Assembly (NCBI GenBank): GCA_965197905.1 | Contig: CBDAOB010000003.1 | Coordinates: forward strand, 1,024,001-1,088,000 | DNA: 64,000 bases | Reading direction: 5' to 3' | Origin: Candidatus Latescibacterota bacterium | GTDB taxonomy: Bacteria > Latescibacterota > UBA2968 > UBA8231 | Shown: one piece after another, positions 15,477-25,323 of the stretch | How the letters are laid out: each line of letters starts with the position of its first letter | Position numbering within the stretch: the first letter of the stretch is position 1 | The notes under the pieces: generated by a model | What the model was told of the DNA's origin: nothing | Database searches by the model: none | The model's input: only the letters and a program-made list of their open reading frames with translations | Made by a program: the position numbers and the translations under genes

Positions 15477-17090
15477 CTAGTAACGCACCTGCAGTTGAAC
15501 GCTGCCCAGGGACAGGGGTTTCGTTACTGCCGGGTCGCGTCGGTGTAACGCCAACGCTACTTCGTTCCTGCCCTGCTTCACCTGCGATGGCTCCAACATG
15601 GACTGAAGCCATCCGCCACCGCTCGACTCATCCGGCGGCCCTTCCAAAGTCGGTCCGGTCAACTCGGAGCCGTTCAGTTTAACCTGCAGTTCATCAGCCT
15701 GACCCTGTTCCCACAAGTAGATGCGCAACAGGAGCTCGGAGATCGATCCGCTGTTCGGGTTCTCACCCATCTGGAAATGAGCCTCCACCGCCTCTCCCGG
15801 CTGGAGCATCGGTTCCGCCTGGTCGCCTATGCCGCTGATACTGGACTCACCCCCGAACCGGTCGACCCCGAACACCTTGTCCTTGCCGGCCATGGTGACC
15901 GGATCGCCGATCTCATCCCAAATCTCCGGCCCGGAAAAGAAACCGTTGAAGGTGTAGATCCCGTCCGCTCCTGCATCGAAGAGATTGGTGGCCGCCCCGC
16001 GCCAGGCCCCCATGGTCCCGGGCCAGGAATTGATGCCGTCGCCGAAGTAGGTCTTTTCAGCCCGCAGTGCCTCGATCCACTCGTCGAAGGTTCGCAGCCG
16101 CCCTGCCGCCAGATCGAGGAAGGACCAGTCCTTGCTGAACCCCCACCCGATACAGGGGTAGACCGGCAGGCCGTGGTCATGCCCGAGGGCGATTATATCG
16201 GCAAAGGTCTCGGTCATGTGTGATTCCGCCCCCCCGCCGGGAACCAGCAGATCCAGTAGCTCCTCCTGCAGCCAGCCCTCCAGATCAAGCCCGACAAAGC
16301 GGGCATCGTCCACCGAGAAGGGGGTGCGTGCGGCAAGCAGCAGGGGCCGTCCGCGCTGTGCGCCCACGTCGTCGGCGATGGTGCGGACGCGGCGCACCAG
16401 GTTGGTCATCATATCCAGCTGCTCTTCCGTTACCGGTTGCATCTCGCGGGTCGGCAGGAAATAGGGATAGGTGCGGAGGAAATCCATCTCCAGGCCATCC
16501 ACGTCGTAATTCCGTGCGACCTCTTCGATGTGGGAAACGACGTGATCGCGAACCTGGGGAAAGCTGAAATCCATGCCCGACCAGACCTTCCTGGACTCAT
16601 CCTCCCCGTACCAATCCTCCAGCTTACCGAACAGAAACTCCGGGTGATCCAGCTTGAACGGCGCTAAACCGTAGTCGCTCCACCGGCGGTCTCCGGGCGG
16701 GTGGGCGTCGTGGACGTCGTTCATGCGCAGCGACCAGAACGCTTCCATCCCGTGACCGTGGACGAAGTCCGTCTGTATGTCGAGGTTGTCGCGGCCGTAC
16801 TTCTGGACCAGATCGAGGGGCAGGCCGTCGTTGCGGAATCCCCCCAGCTTGGTGTGGTGGGAGAAGATCTGGCCGCACATGCAGGTCGCGTACCAGTTGC
16901 TGTCGACCTGGGTGCCGACCAGGGGAGCGGTTCGGGTATCGAGAAAATCGGCCATCAGGTCGCCGGAATCCGCTTCCATCAGACCTTCGGTCACCTCTCC
17001 CTTGGCGGTCACGCGCACGACATCATTGCCGTCGTTGTTGTAGATGATGCGGCGCTTGCGCCAGCGGGCTTTTTCTCTCGCTGCGTCCAC
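15477..17090 (-). CDS. Hypothetical glycoside-hydrolase-like TIM barrel protein (GHL10-like) with C-terminal beta-sandwich
   Basis: Motifs RRIIYNNDG, WSLRMNDVHD, FK..HPE, NYDVDGLEMDF and GADGIYTFN. Confidence 0.6.
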   Translation of the reverse strand: MDAAREKARWRKRRIIYNNDGNDVVRVTAKGEVTEGLMEADSGDLMADFLDTRTAPLVGTQVDSNWYATCMCGQIFSHHTKLGGFRNDGLPLDLVQKYGRDNLDIQTDFVHGHGMEAFWSLRMNDVHDAHPPGDRRWSDYGLAPFKLDHPEFLFGKLEDWYGEDESRKVWSGMDFSFPQVRDHVVSHIEEVARNYDVDGLEMDFLRTYPYFLPTREMQPVTEEQLDMMTNLVRRVRTIADDVGAQRGRPLLLAARTPFSVDDARFVGLDLEGWLQEELLDLLVPGGGAESHMTETFADIIALGHDHGLPVYPCIGWGFSKDWSFLDLAAGRLRTFDEWIEALRAEKTYFGDGINSWPGTMGAWRGAATNLFDAGADGIYTFNGFFSGPEIWDEIGDPVTMAGKDKVFGVDRFGGESSISGIGDQAEPMLQPGEAVEAHFQMGENPNSGSISELLLRIYLWEQGQADELQVKLNGSELTGPTLEGPPDESSGGGWLQSMLEPSQVKQGRNEVALALHRRDPAVTKPLSLGSVQLQVRY

Positions 17091-17113
17091 CTGACCGCCC
17101 CTTTTTCTATTTC

Positions 17114-18004
17114 CTACATCTCGTGGATCTTGCGCGGAATGTGCGGTTTCGGTTCCTCGCCGACCCTCACCACGGTTTTCCCGTCGTCTTCGATGAGCGG
17201 TCTGTTGTTTATATAGGGTGGCTCGAGGGCGGCTTGCTGGGCTTCAGTCAGCTCCTTGGTCCATTCCGGCATTTTGTGCTCGCCGTAGTTGTGGGATCCC
17301 CATTGCATATGTCGGGGGCAGTAACGATAGAGCAGGGAACGACGCTCGTGGTCGGCGGTCCACGGCAGGGCGCCGTGGATGGTTGCCTCCATGAAGATCA
17401 CCAGGTCACCGGCTTTGCAGGCGACGTTGTAGACACACTCGCGATCTTCATTGTAGAGCATGATGTCTTCGGGGCATTTGAAGTTCGCCTTGTGGCTGCC
17501 CGGAATAACCGTAATACCGCCGTCGCCCGGATTGATGTCGGCGAGCTGGTACTGAAACACGGTCAACCCGGAACGAAACTGGCCGTTGGCAAAATTGAAG
17601 TTCTGGGCCCCGTCGACGACTCGGGCGGTGTTGCCATGGAGCCCGTGTCCGCCCTTGCCCTTGTGCGCCCGGATGCAGCCGGGCGTGTGGTCCAGCTTCC
17701 ATCCTCGTCCGAAGATGGAGTTCAGGTAGGGGATCGCCTTCGGATGCGCGAGCAGATCCCTGAACGGCTGGCAATACGGCTGCGGCCATTCGAGGACTCC
17801 GCCGGCGCCGAACTCGGAGTCCTTGCCGGCCATGCCACCGCCGTACGGGTTCGGGCCGGTCCACTTGTCTTCGCTCCAGGGTTCGGCGTTAACGTCGATG
17901 GCTTCGTTCATCGCCTTCACTTCTTGGGGCGACAGGATCTGCTTGACGACGAGAAAACCTTGAAGGTCGAAGAGGAATTTTTCGCGATCGCTCATTTGAA
18001 GCAT
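17114..18004 (-). CDS. PhyH-family dioxygenase (HxN variant)
   Basis: AGGAG RBS. Motifs FDLQGFL, LHGN, GDGG..VIPGSHK and EATIHGALPW...RR. Confidence 0.85.
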   Translation of the reverse strand: MLQMSDREKFLFDLQGFLVVKQILSPQEVKAMNEAIDVNAEPWSEDKWTGPNPYGGGMAGKDSEFGAGGVLEWPQPYCQPFRDLLAHPKAIPYLNSIFGRGWKLDHTPGCIRAHKGKGGHGLHGNTARVVDGAQNFNFANGQFRSGLTVFQYQLADINPGDGGITVIPGSHKANFKCPEDIMLYNEDRECVYNVACKAGDLVIFMEATIHGALPWTADHERRSLLYRYCPRHMQWGSHNYGEHKMPEWTKELTEAQQAALEPPYINNRPLIEDDGKTVVRVGEEPKPHIPRKIHEM

Positions 18005-18255
18005 ATGAAATACTCCTTTTGTAAATAAGTCAGTTGCCTGGGATTGACTGTGGGATTGTCGCGCTGTGATCCCTCAATTGTCCCTCAATGGGCTGCAATC
18101 CGACGAAATCCGCTCGAAAACATAAGCAATCCGGCACGCCGGAACAGCCGGATCAACTGCAGCGATCGGATTCCCCGTCAAGAGGGATAGCTGTCGCAAG
18201 TTGGATCGGAATCGAACTATAGAGCATCTTCAGGCCAGCCCAAAATCGACTTCGC

Positions 18256-20304
18256 ATGAGTGACGCTGACAGATCGAGAGATAGCTCCGTCCCCGACGGG
18301 ATCGCAGCTGCAGAGGCCGAACCGAGCGCCTCCTCCGCGCTGGACACGGCCGACACGGAAGAAACTCCGGACGCCCAACCGCCACGTATCCGCTGGCGCG
18401 CCGTGCTGCTCTCGATGCTGTCGATCGGGGTGATGTTCTTCTACGCGATCCAGGTTTCCGAGCGCCAGCGGTCCGGCGCCTTCGCCCATTCGCAATACCC
18501 GCTCACCGCATTTATCCCGTTCGTGGTCTGGTTGACCGCCAACATCATCCTCAAGCGGGTATGGCCCCGCATTGCGCTGAATCGGGGCGAACTCCTGACC
18601 ATATTCACCATGACCTGGGTCGCCGGGGTCATTCCGTCCTGGATCAAGAGCTGGGCTTCGGTCCTGACCACACCAACGGTATTCGCATCCCCCGAGAACC
18701 AGTGGGAGCTGATCTTCGATTTCTTGCCCTGGCACGTACTGGCGCCCCCCACGCCCGAGGTGGTGGTGAACTACTGGTACGGTCGGCCCGAGGGAATGGA
18801 TATCCCCTGGGCGCAATGGCTCGGTCCGCTCTTCCAGTGGTTGAGCGCCACCACCGCCGTGGTTGTGTTCGGCTTTTGCCTCGTTCTGCTGTTCCAGAGA
18901 CAGTGGGAGCGCCACGAGAAGCTCACCTTTCCGCTGGCCCAGCTGCCGCTCGATCTGACCCAGGGGTTAGACGGACGCCGGCGCATGCCCGATCTGTTCC
19001 GCTCCAATCTGTTCTGGATCGGTTTCTTCCTGGTGCTGATTCCGATGGGATACCGGATCACCACCTATTTCATGCCCAGCCTGCCGGAACTGGACATCCT
19101 GTGGAGACACTACAGTCTGAGCTGGGGAGACGGCGGGCTGGTCTTTCGGGTGATGCCGGTGGCGATGGCGGTGGTCTACCTCTGTCCCCTGGATATCATG
19201 GGAAGCATCGCTCTCTTCCACGTTCTGGGCGCGGTCAAATACGGATTGATGCGGCGTTACGGAGCGCCGGACTTCGGTTTTTCCGGGTCCACCGTGAATC
19301 CCATCTTCCCCGACTCGTTTCAAGTCCTGCAGGGCGAGAGCTACGGAGCGGTTGTTTTCATCGCCTTGTGGTCGATCTGGCTTGCGCGCCGACATCTCAA
19401 GGATGTTTGGCACCAGGTGCGGAATGGCACGGGCGATCGGGCCGATCTCTTTCGATACCGGTTTGCCCTGATCGGAATGTTACTATCGGGAGCATATGTG
19501 ATCGGTTGGGCGATCTTTATGGGAGTGCATCCATTGGCGGCGACCCTGACCTTCCTGCTCATGGTGCTGGTCTATTTCGTCACCGTGAAGCTGGTTGCCG
19601 CCACCGGGTTCGCCTACCTGCTCCCTAACCGACCTCACTTGAAAGGCGAGTTCCTGGTTCTCGAGATGATCGGGTCGGCGTACATGTCGGCGCGCAATCT
19701 CGCCGCATACAAGGTCTTCACGAGTTATGCGTTTTTCGGTCACATCCTCATACCCGCGTGGCCGGCGCTGCCCCACCACCTGCGCATCTTCTCCTTTCGA
19801 AGGCAGCCCAAATGGGTTCTTGCTACGGTACTGATCGCGTTCGTGGGAGGGTTTCTGGTGGCGTTCTGGGCGCTGCTGGATATGACCTATCAGGAGGGGG
19901 CGATTATCCTCGCCGGCAACAGGATACCGCGCGACTACAACGTCGCCGTCAACCTGATGAACCACCCGATCGAATTCCGTTGGGAGAAGTGGGCGCTCTG
20001 GTTTATCGGATTCTTCGAGGCGGCGTTTCTGGCCTTACTGCGCACCCGTTACCATTGGTTTCCCATACACCCGATCGGTCTCGCCTTTCAGATGACGATC
20101 GGCACGTGGGTCTACTGGTCGACCCTGTTCATGATGTGGATGGTGAAGATTACCTTGCTGCGCCTGGGGGGTGTCAAAGCGTACATCGCCGGCAAGCCGT
20201 TTTTCTACGGCATGGGCATCGGTTATATGATCGGTGTGATCGCTGGCACGGTGGTCGATTTGATTTGGTTCCCCGGCGCCGGCCACCGCATTCACTGGTG
20301 GTAA
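18256..20304 (+). CDS. Polytopic membrane protein, DUF6785/DUF6784 (OPT-like transporter) type
   Basis: About 16 hydrophobic segments. Motifs GELL..F.M, QW..HEKLTFPLAQLP, WFPIHPIG and PFFYG..IG. Confidence 0.7.
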   Translation: MSDADRSRDSSVPDGIAAAEAEPSASSALDTADTEETPDAQPPRIRWRAVLLSMLSIGVMFFYAIQVSERQRSGAFAHSQYPLTAFIPFVVWLTANIILKRVWPRIALNRGELLTIFTMTWVAGVIPSWIKSWASVLTTPTVFASPENQWELIFDFLPWHVLAPPTPEVVVNYWYGRPEGMDIPWAQWLGPLFQWLSATTAVVVFGFCLVLLFQRQWERHEKLTFPLAQLPLDLTQGLDGRRRMPDLFRSNLFWIGFFLVLIPMGYRITTYFMPSLPELDILWRHYSLSWGDGGLVFRVMPVAMAVVYLCPLDIMGSIALFHVLGAVKYGLMRRYGAPDFGFSGSTVNPIFPDSFQVLQGESYGAVVFIALWSIWLARRHLKDVWHQVRNGTGDRADLFRYRFALIGMLLSGAYVIGWAIFMGVHPLAATLTFLLMVLVYFVTVKLVAATGFAYLLPNRPHLKGEFLVLEMIGSAYMSARNLAAYKVFTSYAFFGHILIPAWPALPHHLRIFSFRRQPKWVLATVLIAFVGGFLVAFWALLDMTYQEGAIILAGNRIPRDYNVAVNLMNHPIEFRWEKWALWFIGFFEAAFLALLRTRYHWFPIHPIGLAFQMTIGTWVYWSTLFMMWMVKITLLRLGGVKAYIAGKPFFYGMGIGYMIGVIAGTVVDLIWFPGAGHRIHWW

Positions 20305-20509
20305 TCCAAAAACGCGATGATGAACCGAACCTTCGAACCACCGTTTCCACGCGGGTCTGAGTCCGTCACCGTGAAACGTGCCAGGCGCTGGCAAAACTCC
20401 TGTTCGGACCGGAACTGATCAGTGAGTTTGCCCGAAGCGTGCGACGTCGTCGACGTGATGCCCCTGCTCCGAGGAGAGTCCGACGGCGTGCGCGACCACG
20501 CATTGCGTC

Positions 20510-20534
20510 AGGGGGCGTTTTCAAACTGCCCCCT
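20510..20534. terminator. Hairpin between convergent genes
   Basis: Stem AGGGGGC-GTTT...AAAC-T-GCCCCCT. Confidence 0.4.
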
Positions 20535-20538
20535 CTCA

Positions 20539-22788
20539 TTAGCGCTTTTGCTTCGGTGAAGCCCAGAAGTTCCGTTGCGGATCCATGTAAACCCACGTTC
20601 GAGATCCGCTACGATAATGGAGCGGAACAGCGTCTGCGTCGATAGCTCCCAGAGCCACCCTCGCACTCTCGATATCATCCAGAAGTTCTGAGCAGAAGCT
20701 GATCGCATTGCCGATCTCGAAAGTGCGGCCATAGAGGGAGTAGGCCGGCCGCCCAAATCTTCCTCCCCAGGTTCGCAGCAGTTCCGGTCCTGGCTCCCCG
20801 TCGACCCAGGATTGCAGGGCATCGCGCGCCCTGGCATGGTTGTCGGCGTTGAAGTACTGACCAAATTCCTCGATCGCCGGTTTATCGTCAAAGTCTGTTT
20901 GCGGTCGGATGCCGCGCCAATCCCAGTAGACCGGGCCCGACTCGCGATCCTCCAGAGCAGTTCGAATAGCCACGTCGTACCAGCGTTTGCGGCCGCCCTT
21001 GGGTTCTGAAATAGGATGCATCTCGAAGTCGATGGCTTCCAACGGCTGGCCGCTCTCCGGATCGTACCAGAGATAACCTCGGTGGGATTCGGGTACACTC
21101 GCGAGCCACCCGAGCACTCTCTCCAAAGCCTGCATATAGCGTCGGTCGGCACTCAGATCGTAGGCCAGGAGCAGACCTCGATAGGCCGCGCGGATGGCCT
21201 GTTCGGAAATCGCCGGAGGTTCGGTAGACCGATTCCAGATCATGTTGAACTCTTTGTCATATTGATCTGCCCAACCATAGGTGGGCGGTCCGGCCTGAGC
21301 TCGTAAAATCCACTCCGCGCCCTTTAGAATCGGTTTCAGGTAACGCTCGTCTCCGGTGGCGCACCAGATCACGAAGAGATCCTCCATGGCTTGCGGTGTT
21401 ACGGCATCGTTGAGGGCGTAGTTGCCGAACGGTTCGTTTTTCCCTTCAGGATAGGAATGCCAGTTCCAGGCTCCTTCCGGATGCTGGATATTCACCAACC
21501 AGTCGCCGGCGCGGCGAACCGCCTCCCGGTATCGTTCATATCCGAGCAAACGGTAGATCAAGCAGAGAAAGCGAATTTGATTGCTCTGCATTGACTGGGC
21601 GATATAGGCACTCCCCCACGGAAGAAATTCGCCACGGCTGTAGGTGTAGTGGTAAGCCCAACTTCCGTTTTCCCACTGTAGGTGACTGAACAGATCGGCC
21701 GCTTCAATCGCACCGTCGAGATAGCGGTCATCACCCCAGATCAACCATCCCCGTAGCAGGTCGTTGCCGGCGTTGGCCGAATGGGGATACCACAGATCTA
21801 CACCGCGACCGACGAATTCCCACCCGCCAGGCAAGAGATTTGGCCAGGTGTAACCCGCCGCCAATCCACCCTTGAACTGCAGTTCGAGTAGCTTATCGAG
21901 AACAGCCCGAGCGAGGTCTTCCTCGTGCAGCAAACGCTGCTCATCGATCGAAGATTGGTTGGGAACCGCGCTACTCGCGAGGCGCGAAGCCGCAGAGGTC
22001 TCCTGGAGATGTAGCTCGTCGAGATCGCAGTCTGCGGAGATTTGCCAGAAGCCGCCGAAGAACAGGTAAATGCCAGGATTGGGCAGTAAGGCGTCCGACC
22101 GCCGGTTTAACGAAGCAGTTACACCTTCACCGTCTATCAGCAACCAGACCCGTCCTTTCCCTCGCAAGTCCCACGACACCAGTATGTGGTGCCAGTCGCC
22201 TGCATTCAGTTCTGCAACGGGAAGGCGAAGAATCGAAGCCTCCTCCTTGGTCAGGCTTCCGTAAGCCCGGTACATGGCAAAGCGGAAGTCCGTCAGCCTC
22301 AACTCTAGTTGATTGTCCGCCGTTTTGCGCAATGCGATGGCGTGGGGAGTGAGACCGTAGCGCTGACCTGGGACACTGCGCTCGGGGAATAGCACCGCAA
22401 ACCAATGCTCGCGGCCATCGCTCCAGACCGGCTCTTGCGGTCGCGAACGGGCCCAGAATTCCAACGTTCCAGTAGTGAAGTTGATATTGTCCAGACCGGG
22501 ATACATAAGCCGATCGGGCTGCAGCTCCGAGTCGACGACCGCTCCGAGACCGAACTTCCCCGGGGTGGACACCGGCAACTCCACCCCCACTTCGGTTGGA
22601 TCTACGCGGGCGTAATCGGCATTCCAATCGTCGCTATCGTCGAAATGGACGAGGAGAGTCGTGTCGAAGTCGCGGGTTGGCGGATGTTCAGGGACGGAGC
22701 TCAACCGACAAGGGTCGCCGTCAAGCAATGCGGCATAGCCCATTGATTGCAGGAACATACTAAGGACGATGGGAGCATGGCGTCTCAC
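20539..22788 (-). CDS. Secreted protein with LamG-like domain and alpha/alpha-barrel pectate lyase (PL10)-like domain
   Basis: LamG features GKFG, GTLEFW and WHHILVSWD. PL10-like motifs LNDAVT, WADQYD and R.TEPPAIS. Start uncertain (GTG at 22788). Confidence 0.6.
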   Translation of the reverse strand: MRRHAPIVLSMFLQSMGYAALLDGDPCRLSSVPEHPPTRDFDTTLLVHFDDSDDWNADYARVDPTEVGVELPVSTPGKFGLGAVVDSELQPDRLMYPGLDNINFTTGTLEFWARSRPQEPVWSDGREHWFAVLFPERSVPGQRYGLTPHAIALRKTADNQLELRLTDFRFAMYRAYGSLTKEEASILRLPVAELNAGDWHHILVSWDLRGKGRVWLLIDGEGVTASLNRRSDALLPNPGIYLFFGGFWQISADCDLDELHLQETSAASRLASSAVPNQSSIDEQRLLHEEDLARAVLDKLLELQFKGGLAAGYTWPNLLPGGWEFVGRGVDLWYPHSANAGNDLLRGWLIWGDDRYLDGAIEAADLFSHLQWENGSWAYHYTYSRGEFLPWGSAYIAQSMQSNQIRFLCLIYRLLGYERYREAVRRAGDWLVNIQHPEGAWNWHSYPEGKNEPFGNYALNDAVTPQAMEDLFVIWCATGDERYLKPILKGAEWILRAQAGPPTYGWADQYDKEFNMIWNRSTEPPAISEQAIRAAYRGLLLAYDLSADRRYMQALERVLGWLASVPESHRGYLWYDPESGQPLEAIDFEMHPISEPKGGRKRWYDVAIRTALEDRESGPVYWDWRGIRPQTDFDDKPAIEEFGQYFNADNHARARDALQSWVDGEPGPELLRTWGGRFGRPAYSLYGRTFEIGNAISFCSELLDDIESARVALGAIDADAVPLHYRSGSRTWVYMDPQRNFWASPKQKR

Positions 22789-22793
22789 AGCGG

Positions 22794-23822
22794 CTAGAAC
22801 TCCCCCGATCGCGATTCGTATCCAGTAGGTTTTCCCAGCGTCCGACCCCCGTTCATCACCCAGTGGGCCACCCACTTCACCAAGGTCTCAGACGAAACCA
22901 GGGGCCGGCCCAGCCGTTCGAATAAGGCGGTCGCGTCACCCAACAGGGCCGTCTCGCTTTCTGCGCCCCGGAAGATCGGTTCAACATTCATGATTTGGCC
23001 CAGCTTCCACGACAACGCGCGCACCGAGAGCACCTCCTCACCGGTCATGTTGATCACACGCGCGGGGCTGTCGCACAATGGAAACATCTGGGCCACGTAG
23101 GCATTGGCGTCACCCTGCCAGATCTGATTCACGTATCCCATCTCCAGATTGATCGGGATCCGGTTCCATATTTTTTGGGCCAGGTCCAGCACGATGCCGT
23201 AACGCAACTCGCTGGCGTAGAACAGGCGCACGATGCACAGAGGCGTGCCGTTGCGCTCCGAGCAGTGCTCGGCCAACCGCTCGCCTCCCAGGCGGGATTG
23301 GGCGTACTCGCCGACCGGCTCCACCGGATGCGACTCGCTCGCGCCATTTCCACTCACCGGCGTAAAGGGGTACACGTTGCCCGACGAGACATAGATGATC
23401 TGCGACTCGGGAAACCGCTGCAGCACTCTTGCTGGTAACAATGCATTTGCCGCCCAGGTACCCCAAGGATCGCCGGAGCTACCGAATTTGAAGCCCGCCA
23501 TCAGCACGATGTGAGCAGCATCTGGCAGTTGTCTCAGGTCCCTATCGTTCAAGAGATCACACTGTATCGCGCGCACGCCCCGTTTCTCCAGATAGGCCTT
23601 GTCCCCTGGATTCGAAAATCTGGACACCCCCACAACTTCGGGCGCGCCGGCGCGCACCAATAACTCGCCCAACGACGGCCCCATCTTTCCAGCAACCCCC
23701 AGAATCATCACCTTCCCCTGCAGCTTTGCCACCGCTTCGGTGACCGCCGGCGATGGTGTGGTCATCCGGTCGATGAGATCTGATTCGGTTTCGATCGGGT
23801 CAGTGAAATTTATCGGTGCCAT
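22794..23822 (-). CDS. NAD-dependent epimerase/dehydratase family protein
   Basis: Motifs ILGVAGKMG, SSGNVYP, EYAQSRLG.ER and VNQIWQGDAN. Confidence 0.82.
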   Translation of the reverse strand: MAPINFTDPIETESDLIDRMTTPSPAVTEAVAKLQGKVMILGVAGKMGPSLGELLVRAGAPEVVGVSRFSNPGDKAYLEKRGVRAIQCDLLNDRDLRQLPDAAHIVLMAGFKFGSSGDPWGTWAANALLPARVLQRFPESQIIYVSSGNVYPFTPVSGNGASESHPVEPVGEYAQSRLGGERLAEHCSERNGTPLCIVRLFYASELRYGIVLDLAQKIWNRIPINLEMGYVNQIWQGDANAYVAQMFPLCDSPARVINMTGEEVLSVRALSWKLGQIMNVEPIFRGAESETALLGDATALFERLGRPLVSSETLVKWVAHWVMNGGRTLGKPTGYESRSGEF

Positions 23823-23877
23823 TATTCAGGATGAGATCAACCCCGTGATGTTGAATCCAAGCGAAATCGGAGGTTAG

Positions 23878-25137
23878 ATGATGGCTGCAGCCATAAACGT
23901 AGCTTCGGACACGATAGTTTCAACCAGGGGATCAACCAGGGCGACTCTCTACAACTGGACCAACAAGATTCTGACCCACGAAGGCAAGACCTTCATCACC
24001 TGGCAGGACTTTCTCGCCGCCAACCAGATCAAGACTCTCGACCGCAAAACCGGTGAGTGGAGCGACACGGACACGGTCGGTTGTGGCATCGACAACCACT
24101 GCGGTCCGGCTCTCTCCGTGGACAGCGAGGGATTCCTGCACTTGGTCACCGGGGCCCACTCCCACACCCCGTTCCAGCACCGGAAGAGCCGCCATCCCTA
24201 CGATCAGTCGGAATGGATGCATTACCGGCCGACCGGGGTTAACTCCACTTATCCAAGCCTGGTCTGCGACCGGGAGGACCTTCTCCACCTGACCTATCGG
24301 GGTTGCGCGTGTCGGGCGTATTGGATGGAGAACGACCCGACCTCCCACCTGATGTATCAGCGGGCGCAAGCGAGCGGCGGCGACTGGTCGTTACCGGTTG
24401 ACCTGGTTCGCACCGAGGAGCCCTTCGGTTACACCCAGTACGGCAACGCGCTGTGCATCGACCGCAAAAACCGCATCCACATGGTGTTCTTCATGATCGA
24501 GGGATACCCGGAGGAGCGGGGGCTCAGGGTGGGTTACATGCGCACCGAAGATGCGGGACTGACCTGGTTGAAAAGCGACGGCGGGCGCACCCCGATTCCG
24601 TCGTGGAAGAAGACCTTCGAGGTAATCGAAGAGGTGGAGCAAGGGCGCCTGCGCACTACCAACGTCGCCTGCGATCCGAACGATTGTCCATACCTGGTGA
24701 TCTTCGATCGCGACGATGGAGATGGTCTGCTGATGTGGCACGATGGTGACAGTTGGAACAAACGCCTCCTTTTGGAGGAGATCCGCCAGGCGCGCCCGAA
24801 CGGTTTTATCGCCGCCGACGGTACCGTGGCGTTCGATCGCGAGGGTGGGCTCTATATTGCGCTCCACACCTCAGCGAATTCGGACGATTGGGGTGACCCC
24901 GGGGCGGAGGTCGTGTTGCTCTTTTCGGACGACGGGGGGCAGAACTTCAGTGCGTGCCATATATCGGAACCGGGGGACTCGGTACCCTGCTGGCAACCTT
25001 CCCTCGAGATGGTCTCCAGCTTTTACCAGGCCACACCGGAGGTTCCGACCATGACCTGGACCCGCGGCGGCAAGGGCACGGGCTTGTTTTCGCGGGACTA
25101 TTCGGAGGTGCACTTCACGGTGCTCGACCGGAACTGA
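23878..25137 (+). CDS. BNR-4 repeat beta-propeller protein
   Basis: Motifs DNHCGPAL..D..G.LH, TYPSL, and Asp-boxes TEDAGLTW and SDDGGQNF. Confidence 0.7.
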   Translation: MMAAAINVASDTIVSTRGSTRATLYNWTNKILTHEGKTFITWQDFLAANQIKTLDRKTGEWSDTDTVGCGIDNHCGPALSVDSEGFLHLVTGAHSHTPFQHRKSRHPYDQSEWMHYRPTGVNSTYPSLVCDREDLLHLTYRGCACRAYWMENDPTSHLMYQRAQASGGDWSLPVDLVRTEEPFGYTQYGNALCIDRKNRIHMVFFMIEGYPEERGLRVGYMRTEDAGLTWLKSDGGRTPIPSWKKTFEVIEEVEQGRLRTTNVACDPNDCPYLVIFDRDDGDGLLMWHDGDSWNKRLLLEEIRQARPNGFIAADGTVAFDREGGLYIALHTSANSDDWGDPGAEVVLLFSDDGGQNFSACHISEPGDSVPCWQPSLEMVSSFYQATPEVPTMTWTRGGKGTGLFSRDYSEVHFTVLDRN

Positions 25138-25323
25138 TAGTGACATTCGTTCTCGGCGACCGAGTTCGGTCGGAGCCGTCCGTCCGACAGAGAAGGTCAG
25201 GCACGCGTCGGCGCGGTAGACGATTCAATTGCGGACTGCCTCCGACACCTCAGCCGATGATTCCGGCGCGGCCGACGCCGATGGACGCCAATCGTAGTCC
25301 CGGCGACTCGGCTGGATACGCGA

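Noticed and set aside
17123..18028. Long antisense ORFs (also 54550..55830, 18561..19628, 39371..40192 and others)
   Set aside because: They lie opposite or within well-supported genes, carry no motifs, and are expected in GC-rich DNA.
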